Assembly: GCA_002691465.1 (NCBI GenBank) | Contig: NZHP01000028.1 | Location: forward strand, 5,263 to 69,262 | Direction of reading: 5' to 3' | DNA: 64,000 nt | DNA from: Gammaproteobacteria bacterium | Lineage (GTDB): Bacteria; Pseudomonadota; Gammaproteobacteria; Steroidobacterales; UBA11654 | In this document: positions 9,166 through 19,016 of the stretch, one piece after another | Layout of the letters: each line of letters opens with the position of its first letter | Position numbering within the stretch: the stretch's first letter is position 1 | Program-made: the position numbers and the translations under genes | Notes under the pieces: model-generated | Seen by the model: only the letters and a program-made list of their open reading frames with translations | Told to the model about the DNA's origin: nothing | Databases searched by the model: none

Positions 9166-11028
9166 ATGTTTTCAATTGATATTAAAAAAATATTATTAGT
9201 ATTCCTAGCAGGCTATCTTGCTTCGTGCAGTATTCCAAAAACTGATTTTGAGCCAGATGAAAATACGCTTTTGACAATAGATAAAGGGTCCATCATTGGT
9301 TCAAATAATGGCAATACATATCAATGGCTTGGCATCCAGTACGGTTCAATTCCAGATTCGAGCTATAGATGGAAAAGAGGAGCTGAAACAGAAAAATGGG
9401 ATGGTGTTTTTGAGGCGCTAGAATTTGGCAATACCTGCGTTCAAAAGGGATCACTAATTAATACTACAAAAAGAAGAAATTGGGGTGATATTGTCGGATC
9501 TGAAGATTGTTTATACCTCAATGTTTGGGCGCCTAAAGATGTATTTGATGACTTATCTCAGAGTAAGCCAGTGATGCTCTGGATCCATGGCGGCAGTAAT
9601 GTTTCCGGTAATGCAGATTTTTACGATCCGAGTGAATTGGTTAGCAGTCAGGATGTAATAGTTGTGTCGATAAATTACCGTTTGGGACCATTTGGTTGGT
9701 TTAGACATCCAGATATAACCTCAACTGCTGAGAATCCAGAAGATCAATCAGGCAACTATGGCAATATTGATTCCATTCAAGCGCTTGAATGGGTTCAAAG
9801 AAACATTGAAATTTTCGGTGGCGATTCTTCAAATATCACAATTTTTGGGGAATCTGCTGGCGGTTATAACGTAGCTGCTTTATTGTCCGCAAAGCAAGCG
9901 AATGGACTTTTTCATAAAGCCATTATACAAAGTGGTGGAATCAGACCAGGTGATATTGAGCATTCTGAGTCATATTTAGAGAAAAACTTACCGTGGAAGA
10001 GTTACTCTTCAAGAGAACTCGTAAATGAGTTACTGGTAATGAATGAAATGGCATCGGATAGAAATTCAGCTGAAACATTGCAAGAAAATTTGTCTCAAAA
10101 AGAAATCGAAGCTCTAATGAGAAATGCCTCATCCACAGAAATTTATGAAGCATACTTAGTAACAAAGACCAACACCGATGATATGTTGAGACCATTTCCT
10201 GATGGTAATTTATTGAGTGAACTAGGAATTCTGGGTTCTTTGGAGAGTGGGTTTAATATGGATGTTCCAATAATGATTGGAACAAATCGAGATGAAATGA
10301 AATTATTTCTCCTCAATAATCCTCGATTGACAAGAGAGTTTCTGAGAATACCTCGAATAAGAGATTTGGATTTATGGAATGCGGTTTCAAAACACAGAAG
10401 CAATTCGTGGAAATACTTGGCCGTTGATGAACCTGCCCAGAACTTGACAAGGTCTGGGAGATCAAATATCTATGCTTATCGATTTGATTGGGATGATGAG
10501 CCAAGAAAATATGGAGTTGATCTAAAGAATTTACTTGGTGCTGCACATGCTTTTGAGATTCCTTTCGTGATGGGTAATTTTGATGAAGATGCACTTACGA
10601 AATACATACTCAGTAGAAAAAATCTGGAGGAGGTCAAAACACTTTCCCAGTCAATGATGAGTTATTGGGCTGAATTTGCTTACAACGGAGATCCAGATAA
10701 AGGCAGAGAAGGAAATCTAACTGATTGGCAGGCTTGGGATCCCAGAAAGGGCAGTGACAAGTATATTATATTCGACTCAACACATGATGGGGGAATAAGG
10801 ATGACAAACGACTATCTCACAGAAGAAAAACTGATTGAAATGTTGGCCACAGACAATCAAATTAAAGATTATAAATGGAAGTGTGAGATTCTTGATGCTG
10901 CAATCATGTTTGATCATCTCACGACTCAAAATGTACTAACTGACTTTAATAATAATCAATGCGGTGATCTTGATCCTTCGACAGGATGGAGAAAATATTG
11001 GTACGATGAAAAGGAGCAACGCTACTAG
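9166..11028 (+). CDS. type-B carboxylesterase/lipase-family lipoprotein
   Basis: Listed ORF starts at 8959, but Met70 (ATG 9166) begins a lipoprotein signal (MFSIDIKKILLVFLAGYLASC). Nucleophile elbow IFGESAGG. EDCLYLNVW motif. Confidence 0.85.
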   Translation: MFSIDIKKILLVFLAGYLASCSIPKTDFEPDENTLLTIDKGSIIGSNNGNTYQWLGIQYGSIPDSSYRWKRGAETEKWDGVFEALEFGNTCVQKGSLINTTKRRNWGDIVGSEDCLYLNVWAPKDVFDDLSQSKPVMLWIHGGSNVSGNADFYDPSELVSSQDVIVVSINYRLGPFGWFRHPDITSTAENPEDQSGNYGNIDSIQALEWVQRNIEIFGGDSSNITIFGESAGGYNVAALLSAKQANGLFHKAIIQSGGIRPGDIEHSESYLEKNLPWKSYSSRELVNELLVMNEMASDRNSAETLQENLSQKEIEALMRNASSTEIYEAYLVTKTNTDDMLRPFPDGNLLSELGILGSLESGFNMDVPIMIGTNRDEMKLFLLNNPRLTREFLRIPRIRDLDLWNAVSKHRSNSWKYLAVDEPAQNLTRSGRSNIYAYRFDWDDEPRKYGVDLKNLLGAAHAFEIPFVMGNFDEDALTKYILSRKNLEEVKTLSQSMMSYWAEFAYNGDPDKGREGNLTDWQAWDPRKGSDKYIIFDSTHDGGIRMTNDYLTEEKLIEMLATDNQIKDYKWKCEILDAAIMFDHLTTQNVLTDFNNNQCGDLDPSTGWRKYWYDEKEQRY

Positions 11029-11036
11029 GAGATATG

Positions 11037-11489
11037 ATGCAGTATTGGCTTATGAAATCAGAACCTGAAACCTACAGCATAGACGACCTGAAGGAATTTA
11101 AAACAGATCACTGGGATGGGATACGAAATTACCAGGTAAGAAACTTCTTCAGAGATCAGATGATAGTTGGAGACAAAGCATTTTTTTATCATTCAAATTG
11201 CAAGGAGCCAGGAATAGTGGGATTGATGGAGATCGCAAGCAAAGCATACCCCGACCACACGGCTTTTGATTCTAAAGAGAAATACTTTGATGCAAAAAGT
11301 GATCCAGAGAATCCAAGATGGCTAATGCTCGATGTAAGGTACATTCGTCACACCAAGAGAAATATTACACTTTCTGAATTGAGAGAACATGAGTCTATAA
11401 AAGACATGAGACTTTTACAAAAAGGTAACCGCTTATCCGTAATACCCATGACAAAAAATGAATGGGATTATATTTTAGGGCTGGAATGA
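11037..11489 (+). CDS. EVE (PUA-like) domain protein
   Basis: N-terminus MQYWLMKSEPETYSIDDL is typical of EVE-domain proteins. SD aggag lies 5 nt before the second ATG (11037). The first ATG is at 11034. Confidence 0.8.
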   Translation: MQYWLMKSEPETYSIDDLKEFKTDHWDGIRNYQVRNFFRDQMIVGDKAFFYHSNCKEPGIVGLMEIASKAYPDHTAFDSKEKYFDAKSDPENPRWLMLDVRYIRHTKRNITLSELREHESIKDMRLLQKGNRLSVIPMTKNEWDYILGLE

Positions 11490-11890
11490 AACGATTTACA
11501 AACATCATTTCACTCGCATTTTTATTGTTGATGTCATCTGTTTATGCAGGAGACTCCAGGGTATTTTTTATAAAACCTTCAAATGGCGATGTGGTCGATA
11601 GGACTTTTGAAGTTGTTTTTGGCATCAGTGGAATGACATTGGCACCCGCAGGTACCTATGATAGTGGCACAGGTCACCACCATTTAATTATCGATGCACC
11701 GCTTCCTGACCTTTCGATGCCTGTTCCAGCAAATAAACAGTATCTTCACTTTGGTAAGGGACAAGACAAAACCATGATCACCTTAGAGCCTGGCAATCAT
11801 AAACTTCAAATGATACTTGGCGATGGAAATCACATCCCCCATAGTCCACCGATTTACTCTGAAATCATTGAGATTGAAGTCAAACCTTAA
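11486..11890 (+). CDS. DUF4399-like periplasmic protein
   Basis: ATGA overlap with the EVE gene. Signal peptide MKRFTNIISLAFLLLMSSVYAG. GTGHHHLIIDAP motif. Confidence 0.65.
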   Translation: MKRFTNIISLAFLLLMSSVYAGDSRVFFIKPSNGDVVDRTFEVVFGISGMTLAPAGTYDSGTGHHHLIIDAPLPDLSMPVPANKQYLHFGKGQDKTMITLEPGNHKLQMILGDGNHIPHSPPIYSEIIEIEVKP

Positions 11891-12701
11891 TCTTCTCAGC
11901 TTTTTTCATGAATGCTGAAATAAGCCTAACAGTTTCTTTTGTTTGCAGCTCAGTGGATGCTATGCCCGACTCAGCAAGAGGTTCAATCTGAACTCCTTCC
12001 AGTTCTCTTTTTATGATATCCAATTTATTGTAAAAGAAGTCGTCAATGGCTGACATTACCATCAGTGGCGCTCTTATTGTTTTTATCAATGATTTAAAGT
12101 CTTGATCCCATACAGCTGCAAAGGCTTGTTCTCTTCCTTTAATTGATCTTATAGCACCCAAAAACTCAGTGTTCACCAGATCGGAATCATAAGATGGAAA
12201 GAGCGATTTCATTAATTCAAAGCTCTCCAAAAGATATTTTCCTTCAATATCTCTTTCCACAACAGATGATGTCATTTTCTTAAACGAATCTCTCTCATCC
12301 TCATCCAGATAAGCGACACCATTAAGAATTAGAGATATTGTCCGATCTTTCCATGCATTTGCAATTTCAGCAGCAATGTGTGTCCCCGTGTGATGAGCAT
12401 AAATATGAAAGTTTTCGATTCCAAGGGTATCGATTGATTCACACATCCAGTCGCGATAATCTTTCATATCAGGATTTCCATTCGGATCAAAAGAAGATCC
12501 AAATCCAGGCGTATCGATTGCATACAATGGCCTATCATGGAACATCTCTCTAATGATTGGTTCATACATGATTGAGCTGGATGGAGTTCTATGAAGGAGT
12601 ATGAGAGGGATTCCATCTTCACAATCATTCGTTCTATAGTGTATTTGACCAATAGGAAGCGATAGATAGGCTTTCTTGATTAAATTATTTTTCGCATTCA
12701 T
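11880..12701 (-). CDS. alpha/beta-hydrolase-fold protein (catalytic residues apparently substituted)
   Basis: 273 aa. Pattern PLILLHRTPSSS...AIDTPGFGSS...IYAHHTGTHIAAEIA follows the epoxide-hydrolase/dehalogenase-like scaffold, but the nucleophile position is His. Confidence 0.7.
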   Translation of the reverse strand: MNAKNNLIKKAYLSLPIGQIHYRTNDCEDGIPLILLHRTPSSSIMYEPIIREMFHDRPLYAIDTPGFGSSFDPNGNPDMKDYRDWMCESIDTLGIENFHIYAHHTGTHIAAEIANAWKDRTISLILNGVAYLDEDERDSFKKMTSSVVERDIEGKYLLESFELMKSLFPSYDSDLVNTEFLGAIRSIKGREQAFAAVWDQDFKSLIKTIRAPLMVMSAIDDFFYNKLDIIKRELEGVQIEPLAESGIASTELQTKETVRLISAFMKKAEKIKV

Positions 12702-12751
12702 CTTTATTCTTAGACTAATCTAATTGTTTATAAATTGATATAATCCTCAGC

Positions 12752-13315
12752 ATGAAAAGAATAATTGTTGGAATATCTGGTGCAAGCGGAGTCATTTATG
12801 GCATTCGACTTCTTGAGATGCTAAAGGACATCGATGATGTGGAGTCTCATTTGGTGATGACCAATGGAGCTAAACTCAATATCACGCTAGAAAGCGATTT
12901 TGAGCCAAAAAGTGTTGAAGAACTTGCTGATGTGGTTCACAGCGATAAGAATTTAGGTGCCAGTATTGCCAGTGGATCTTACGAAACCGAAGGCATGATC
13001 ATTGCTCCATGTTCAATGAAAACACTTTCGGGTGTTGCCAATTCATATGCTGCAAATTTAATTGTTAGAGCTGCAGACGTGGTTTTGAAGGAAGGCAGAA
13101 GCTTGATTATTATTCCTAGAGAAACACCACTTCATTTAGGACACATTGACCTTCTGCGGAAAGTTTCATTAATGGGAGCCCATGTAGTACCGCCAAACCC
13201 AGCTTTTTATAATCATCCGGAATCAGTCGATGACATCGTCAATCACACTGTTGGCAGGGTGTTAGACTTAATTGGGGTAGACAATGAAGTGGTCAGTCGA
13301 TGGAAAGGTGTTTAA
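12752..13315 (+). CDS. ubiX: flavin prenyltransferase UbiX
   Basis: 187 aa. MKRIIVGISGASGVIYGIRLLE..., APCSMKTLSG, PRETPLH motifs. Confidence 0.9.
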   Translation: MKRIIVGISGASGVIYGIRLLEMLKDIDDVESHLVMTNGAKLNITLESDFEPKSVEELADVVHSDKNLGASIASGSYETEGMIIAPCSMKTLSGVANSYAANLIVRAADVVLKEGRSLIIIPRETPLHLGHIDLLRKVSLMGAHVVPPNPAFYNHPESVDDIVNHTVGRVLDLIGVDNEVVSRWKGV

Positions 13316-13321
13316 TAAAGG

Positions 13322-13834
13322 ATGATCGATTCGTCTGTCGAAGGAATTCAAGAAAATGCAATTAAGATGCTCGAAGAGCATCACACGGTCACTATCTCAA
13401 CAAGAGATGAAAAATCGGTTTGGTCTGCGACAGTTTTTTACGTCTCAGATTCATTTTTAAACCTATTTTTTCTATCTGCTGATAAAAGCAAGCACATTCA
13501 GCATATCAATATGATTCCCGAAGTTTCAGCAACAATATACAAAGATCAAAAAGATTGGGAAAAGATTAAGGGAATTCAAATGTCAGGAATAGTTGAAGAG
13601 CTTAAAGGTCAAGATCGAGAAAATGCAATCAACCAATATCTTGCAAAATATGAATATCTATATCGAGTGATAAATAAACCATTGAATCAAGACGAGGAGA
13701 AAATTGGATCACAATTTTCATCCATCCCTTTTTTTAAACTTCAGCCGACGTTTATAAGAATCATAGATAACCAAGTTGCATTTGGCCATAGAGAGCAAAT
13801 TGAAAAAAGAGAGGGAAGGTGGGAGCTATTTTAA
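13322..13834 (+). CDS. pyridoxamine-5'-phosphate-oxidase-like (FMN-binding split-barrel) protein
   Basis: 170 aa. Size and pattern (HHTVTISTRDEKSVWSATVFYV...) are reminiscent of the PNPOx-like split-barrel family. Weak by-eye call. Confidence 0.5.
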   Translation: MIDSSVEGIQENAIKMLEEHHTVTISTRDEKSVWSATVFYVSDSFLNLFFLSADKSKHIQHINMIPEVSATIYKDQKDWEKIKGIQMSGIVEELKGQDRENAINQYLAKYEYLYRVINKPLNQDEEKIGSQFSSIPFFKLQPTFIRIIDNQVAFGHREQIEKREGRWELF

Positions 13835-14619
13835 AGGTCATCTGTGGAGTAGCTTGGGAGTTGCCCGAGGTGAGCACCGCTGTCAACAATCAAAATTTCC
13901 CCAGTAATCAAAGGCGCCCCCTCCAAGAACCAAACTAAGACCTCTGCCACATCTTCAGCAGTTGCCACCTTTTTGAGTGGAAGATTGGTTTCCGCCTGCT
14001 CTATGAGAGATTCATAAGCTTCATCGCTCATCCCGCCTTTTAACCATCGGGTTTTTATGGGACCAGGCGCCACGGCATTGATTCGAATTTCAGGCCCTAA
14101 GACATGAGCCAAAGATTTAGTCATTGCATTGAGCGCAGCTTTTGAAGTGACGTAAGCTATCGAGGAACCAACTGAATTTATTCCGGCTAATGAGGAGTCA
14201 TTTACAATTGCACCGGAACCCGCTTCTTTCATATGAGGAACCACTGCTTTGATCATTTGATAAGCGCCAACAACATTCACAGCGTAAATCGATTGGAAAT
14301 CGTCGATGGTCAAACCATCCAAGTTTTCAAAAGGATTGAATTTAGTCTGGCCAGCATTATTGACAAGATAGTCTATTCGACCCCATTTTTTAATGGCTTC
14401 AGCCACCATCGCTTTGCATTCATCATCTTTTGACACATCTGCTTGTATTACAATTGTCTCAGCGCCCAGTTCTTCTGCATGCTTTGCAGTCTCCAAAGCC
14501 TCATCCTTTGATCGCGTATAATTGATGACAACATTGCATCCTTTCTCTGCCAGAAGAATCGCTGTTGCAGCACCAACACCTGTTGCGGAACCAGTAATAA
14601 TTGCTACTTTTTTAGCCAT
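13831..14619 (-). CDS. short-chain dehydrogenase/reductase (SDR)
   Basis: 262 aa. TGSATGVGAA cofactor loop, NNAG, catalytic YVTSK. Confidence 0.9.
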   Translation of the reverse strand: MAKKVAIITGSATGVGAATAILLAEKGCNVVINYTRSKDEALETAKHAEELGAETIVIQADVSKDDECKAMVAEAIKKWGRIDYLVNNAGQTKFNPFENLDGLTIDDFQSIYAVNVVGAYQMIKAVVPHMKEAGSGAIVNDSSLAGINSVGSSIAYVTSKAALNAMTKSLAHVLGPEIRINAVAPGPIKTRWLKGGMSDEAYESLIEQAETNLPLKKVATAEDVAEVLVWFLEGAPLITGEILIVDSGAHLGQLPSYSTDDL

Positions 14620-14739
14620 GACATCTCACTCAATATTGATTTTCTATTGTATCGGTTAAACTTTGCAAAATCTTTGATTTAATTTGCATACCTGAAAAGG
14701 CACAATAATCTAATGGATTATGATTAAAGGAGATAAAGA

Positions 14740-16236
14740 GTGCAATTTAATGATATGAGAGGATACATTGATGTCCTCAGAAAAGAGAACCTGCTTCATG
14801 ACTTAGACATTCAACTGAATGTAGCTAGAGAAACATCAGAGCTTCAAGCTTTGATGAGGCATTTGCATAATGATAACGGTCCCGCACTCATGTTAAATAA
14901 TCTTGAAGGTTATAACATGCCAGAAGTACCTCTTTTATTTAATCCCTATGGAACCCGAGAAAGAACAGCAATGATCTTAGGAGAGCGTGATCCACTCAAG
15001 GCAAAAGCAAAGCACGCAAATGTTTTGGCTGATCAATCCAGCTGGATTGAGCCCAATGTTATGAGCAAGGAAGATTCGCCTTGCAAACAGAATATAATCT
15101 CAGAAAAAAATATTGACCTTGCAAAGCAGCTTCCGCACGCATGGTTTGGTAAAGAGGGGCCATCCTATATAACGAATGCCATTGTAATCACCAAGGATCC
15201 AGAAACAGGCATTGCAAATACCGGTTGTTATCGATTGACACAATTATGGAATGCATCTCACCCTCACGGGGAGATCTATTCAGAAGAAGAGCAGAGGAGA
15301 TGTCTATCCATCTTTGCGTTTTGGAATCCTCCTGGGAATCACATTGGTCTCCACTGGGCGAAAGCGCAAGAGATGGGCAAGCCATTGGAAATTGCGATTG
15401 CCTGCGTTGTAGACCCTGTGATCCAACTGGCTGGTGCGACAAGTCTTCCCTTCGGATTGGACGAGATGAATTTTGCAGGCGGACTAAAGGGAGAAGCAAT
15501 TGATGTGGTTCCTTGCGAAACAATTGATATCGATGTTCCTGCAAGATCAGAATTGATTATAGAAGGTCAGTTTTTACCGAATCGGGATATTACCATAGGC
15601 CCTCATTCTAACCCCATTGGTTATTACGATGATGAGCAATTATTTCCTCTGATGGAGGTTCAATGCATCACCCATAGAGATGAACCTATATGGTATTCAA
15701 CAATGGAAATGATGCCCCCATTTGATCATAACTATATGGCTGTTTTGCCGATAGAGGGAGAATTACTCAGTGATCTTCAAAAAAAGATTCCAGAGGTCAA
15801 TGATGTAGTGGTAACTCCAAACTTGAGTTACTTTATTCAACTCTCAGTTGATGGAGCTCAGAAGCCACATCCAGAGTTTGGTAAATATGTTTTGCACGCA
15901 GTTTGGGGTGCAAGCGGAAGATGGGGAAGAACTGCAAAAATAGTAGTAGTAGTTGGACCGGATGTAAACCCTTATGATCTTAATGAGGTTGAATGGGCAA
16001 TATTAACTCGTGTGCAGCCACATTCAGACACCATCATTAATAAATCAGGACAAGCATTCCTAATGGATCCTTCGGCACCCAAAGATTCGAGTCATGGAAT
16101 TGCACTTCAGTCTGAACAGATGGGAATTGATGCAACAATAAAGGTTTACGAGCGTTTTCATTCATATCCTGAATACAGCAATGCTGACTCTGAATCTGTA
16201 TCCGCTATTGCAGAAAAACTAAAAGGATCATTCTAG
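14740..16236 (+). CDS. UbiD-family (prFMN-dependent decarboxylase-like) protein, atypical active-site segment
   Basis: 498 aa. GTG start 7 nt after aaggag. Collinear with UbiD throughout (NTGCYR, DEMNFAGGLKG, ITHRDEPIWYST), but the EGP[FY]G[ED] segment reads IGPHSN. Confidence 0.85.
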   Translation: MQFNDMRGYIDVLRKENLLHDLDIQLNVARETSELQALMRHLHNDNGPALMLNNLEGYNMPEVPLLFNPYGTRERTAMILGERDPLKAKAKHANVLADQSSWIEPNVMSKEDSPCKQNIISEKNIDLAKQLPHAWFGKEGPSYITNAIVITKDPETGIANTGCYRLTQLWNASHPHGEIYSEEEQRRCLSIFAFWNPPGNHIGLHWAKAQEMGKPLEIAIACVVDPVIQLAGATSLPFGLDEMNFAGGLKGEAIDVVPCETIDIDVPARSELIIEGQFLPNRDITIGPHSNPIGYYDDEQLFPLMEVQCITHRDEPIWYSTMEMMPPFDHNYMAVLPIEGELLSDLQKKIPEVNDVVVTPNLSYFIQLSVDGAQKPHPEFGKYVLHAVWGASGRWGRTAKIVVVVGPDVNPYDLNEVEWAILTRVQPHSDTIINKSGQAFLMDPSAPKDSSHGIALQSEQMGIDATIKVYERFHSYPEYSNADSESVSAIAEKLKGSF

Positions 16237-16253
16237 TTAGCTGATCTAAAAAG

Positions 16254-17873
16254 GTGACGGTGAGCAAGAAAACAAAGCAATTCAGAGATTTGTTGCTTAG
16301 CAATAACCTCGAATTCTTGCTCGAGGCACACAATGGAATCAGTGCCAAGATTGCTCAAGAGGCTGGCTTCAAGGGCCTTTGGGCAAGTGGATTGGCAATT
16401 TCTGCTCAATACGGAGTTAGAGATAGCAATGAGGCAAGCTGGACCCAAGTCCTCGAAAACATAGAGTTCATGTCTGATGCCAGCGATATACCGATCATGC
16501 TCGATGGCGATACTGGGTACGGTAATTTCAATAACGTGAGACGCTTGGTTAAAAAACTCGAACAGAGGAATATTGCGGCAGTTTGCATCGAAGACAAGCT
16601 TTATCCTAAAACGAATAGTTTCATTGATGGAAATAAGCAAGAGCTTGCAGGTATTGACGAATTTTGCAGTCGCATCAAGGCTGGAAAAGATGCACAGGCA
16701 GATGATGACTTCTCAATTGTCACCAGGATTGAGGCATTCATAGCTGGATGGGGTTTAGGCGAGGCTTTAAAAAGAGCTGAAGCCTATCACGAGGCAGGTT
16801 CTGATGGAATTTTAATCCACAGCGCAAGGTCTGACCCAAGTGAGATTTTGGCCTTTAAGAAAGAGTGGAGCGAGACCTCGCCGGTGATTGTGGTGCCAAC
16901 AAAATATTACTCAACACCGACTGAGGTATTTGAAGATGCAGGCTTTTCCATTGTCATCTGGGCAAATCATATGATCAGGTCATCCATTAGAGCCATGCAA
17001 GAATCTGCTAGAGAAATACATGATTCATCTTCAATTTTGACAATTGAAAATGAAATCGCTTCAGTGAAGGAAATTTTTAGGTTGCAAGGCGTCTCTGAGC
17101 TTATAGAAGCAGAGGAAAACTATTTACCAAGAAAGGAGAGCACAACAGAGGCAATTATTCTTGCTGCTTCGCGAGGTGAGGCAATGGGAAGTTTAACCAA
17201 TCATCAGCCCAAAGCTATGATATCACTTAAAAATAAAAGCATCTTAGAGCACATTACTGACACCTATCGAAGTCACGATGTTGAAAGAATTCATGTGGTT
17301 CGAGGATATAAAAAAGAAGCAATTAATTTTCCAGAACTGAGTTATTTCGATAATGACGATTATGAAAACACTTCCGAGTTATCCTCGTTTCAAAAAGCCA
17401 TTGATAATGTGGACAGCGATATTTATTGCTCATTCGGAGATGTATTATTCAAGCCTTACCTATTGCAGTTATTGGATGAATCGAAAGATGATCTGGCAAT
17501 CACAGTAGATACCCAATGGCAAGATTCTGTAAATAAAGACAGAGCCGCAGACTACGTTACTTGTTCTGAGCCGCACTCAAGAGAAAATTATGGCGACTCA
17601 ATCTTTTTAAAGTCAATAGGAGAAACACTGGATGCCGATTCCATTCATGGCGAATGGATGGGAATTGCAAAGATTTCTTCAAAAATTTTACCCATGATAA
17701 AAAAAGAGGTTGATGCTTTATCGAAGCATGAAGATTTTCATTCAATGAAGATGCATCATTTTTTTGAACACCTTTGCAGACTTAAGCAACCGATAAGAAT
17801 TATTTATAGCACAGGAAATTGGCTAGATATCGACTCGCTCGAGGATCTGATAAGAGCAAATAATTTCATATGA
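16254..17873 (+). CDS. aepX: phosphoenolpyruvate phosphomutase fused to a C-terminal nucleotidyltransferase-like domain
   Basis: 539 aa. PepM-specific [10 protein letters not shown] motif (nt 16587-16619). [26 protein letters not shown]-terminal ~240 aa has an NTP-transferase-like pattern ([15 protein letters not shown]...[14 protein letters not shown]). Confidence 0.9.
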   Translation: MTVSKKTKQFRDLLLSNNLEFLLEAHNGISAKIAQEAGFKGLWASGLAISAQYGVRDSNEASWTQVLENIEFMSDASDIPIMLDGDTGYGNFNNVRRLVKKLEQRNIAAVCIEDKLYPKTNSFIDGNKQELAGIDEFCSRIKAGKDAQADDDFSIVTRIEAFIAGWGLGEALKRAEAYHEAGSDGILIHSARSDPSEILAFKKEWSETSPVIVVPTKYYSTPTEVFEDAGFSIVIWANHMIRSSIRAMQESAREIHDSSSILTIENEIASVKEIFRLQGVSELIEAEENYLPRKESTTEAIILAASRGEAMGSLTNHQPKAMISLKNKSILEHITDTYRSHDVERIHVVRGYKKEAINFPELSYFDNDDYENTSELSSFQKAIDNVDSDIYCSFGDVLFKPYLLQLLDESKDDLAITVDTQWQDSVNKDRAADYVTCSEPHSRENYGDSIFLKSIGETLDADSIHGEWMGIAKISSKILPMIKKEVDALSKHEDFHSMKMHHFFEHLCRLKQPIRIIYSTGNWLDIDSLEDLIRANNFI

Positions 17874-19015
17874 TTTCAGCTGAAAGATTTTTAGATGAAG
17901 CTTTTAAATTGGGTTTTAGTACCTATACCGGAGTGCCTTGCTCGTTCTTAAAACCTCTGATCAATGCATCAATAGAGTCAGACAAATTATCATACATTCC
18001 GGCCGTCAATGAGGGCGATGCAGTTGGCATTGCTGCTGGAGTATATCTTGGCGGCGGCTTGCCCGTTGTAATGTTTCAGAATTCTGGATTAGGCAATGCT
18101 GTGAATCCATTTACTTCACTGATTCAAACTTTCGAAATTCCCATTTTAATGATTGCCACCCTGAGAGGTGATCCAAACAGTCATCCCGACGAACCACAAC
18201 ATCGACTCATGGGTAAAATCACAACTCAATTGCTCGATCTAATGGAAGTAAGTTGGTCTTGGTTTCCAGAAGATGAGGACGATATGAAAAAGACAATGGA
18301 GTTTATCAAAGACAGAATAATTGACTCTAAAAAACCACATGTTCTTGTGATGAAGAAAGGCTCAGTAGAGCCTTATGAGCTCAATGAGCAGCTTGAAAGT
18401 ACAATTGTGAACGGTCTAATCACCAATGATTATGAGAATGATGAATCAGAAATGGTGACAAGAATAGAGTTCATGGAAAAGATCATTGAAAAAACAAATC
18501 AGAATCACGATTTAATCATTGCCACAACGGGATATTCTGGAAGGGAACTATACGCAGCCTCAGATCGTAAAAATCATTTCTACATGGTCGGTTCAATGGG
18601 ATGCGCGATAGATATAGGATTGGGATTATCAATCCAAAGGCCTGACAAGAGAGTTATTGTCATAGATGGCGATGGCGCTATCCTTATGAGATTGGGAGCG
18701 ATGTCCACGGTGGGCTTCATGGCGCCCAAAAATCTCAATCACATTGTTCTTGATAATGGAGCATATGAATCAACCGGCTCTCAAAAAACAGTTTCTTCTC
18801 TAATTGATTTTAAAATGATTGCTCACTCGAATCGTTATAGAAACTCCATCAAGATGAATTCCTTGAAAGACTTTGATTCGTTGTTAGACTCAAATATGAA
18901 AGGACCAAACTTTATTCATTTTCCAATAAAGAAAGGGGTATCAAGTAAACTTCCTCGCCCTTCGATTACACCAAAAGAGGTTGCAATAAGATTCAGGGAA
19001 AATATCGAAAACTAA
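17870..19015 (+). CDS. aepY: phosphonopyruvate decarboxylase (TPP-dependent)
   Basis: 381 aa. ATGA overlap with pepM. N-terminus ...[21 protein letters not shown] motif [12 protein letters not shown]...[10 protein letters not shown]. Confidence 0.85.
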   Translation: MISAERFLDEAFKLGFSTYTGVPCSFLKPLINASIESDKLSYIPAVNEGDAVGIAAGVYLGGGLPVVMFQNSGLGNAVNPFTSLIQTFEIPILMIATLRGDPNSHPDEPQHRLMGKITTQLLDLMEVSWSWFPEDEDDMKKTMEFIKDRIIDSKKPHVLVMKKGSVEPYELNEQLESTIVNGLITNDYENDESEMVTRIEFMEKIIEKTNQNHDLIIATTGYSGRELYAASDRKNHFYMVGSMGCAIDIGLGLSIQRPDKRVIVIDGDGAILMRLGAMSTVGFMAPKNLNHIVLDNGAYESTGSQKTVSSLIDFKMIAHSNRYRNSIKMNSLKDFDSLLDSNMKGPNFIHFPIKKGVSSKLPRPSITPKEVAIRFRENIEN

Positions 19016-19016
19016 A

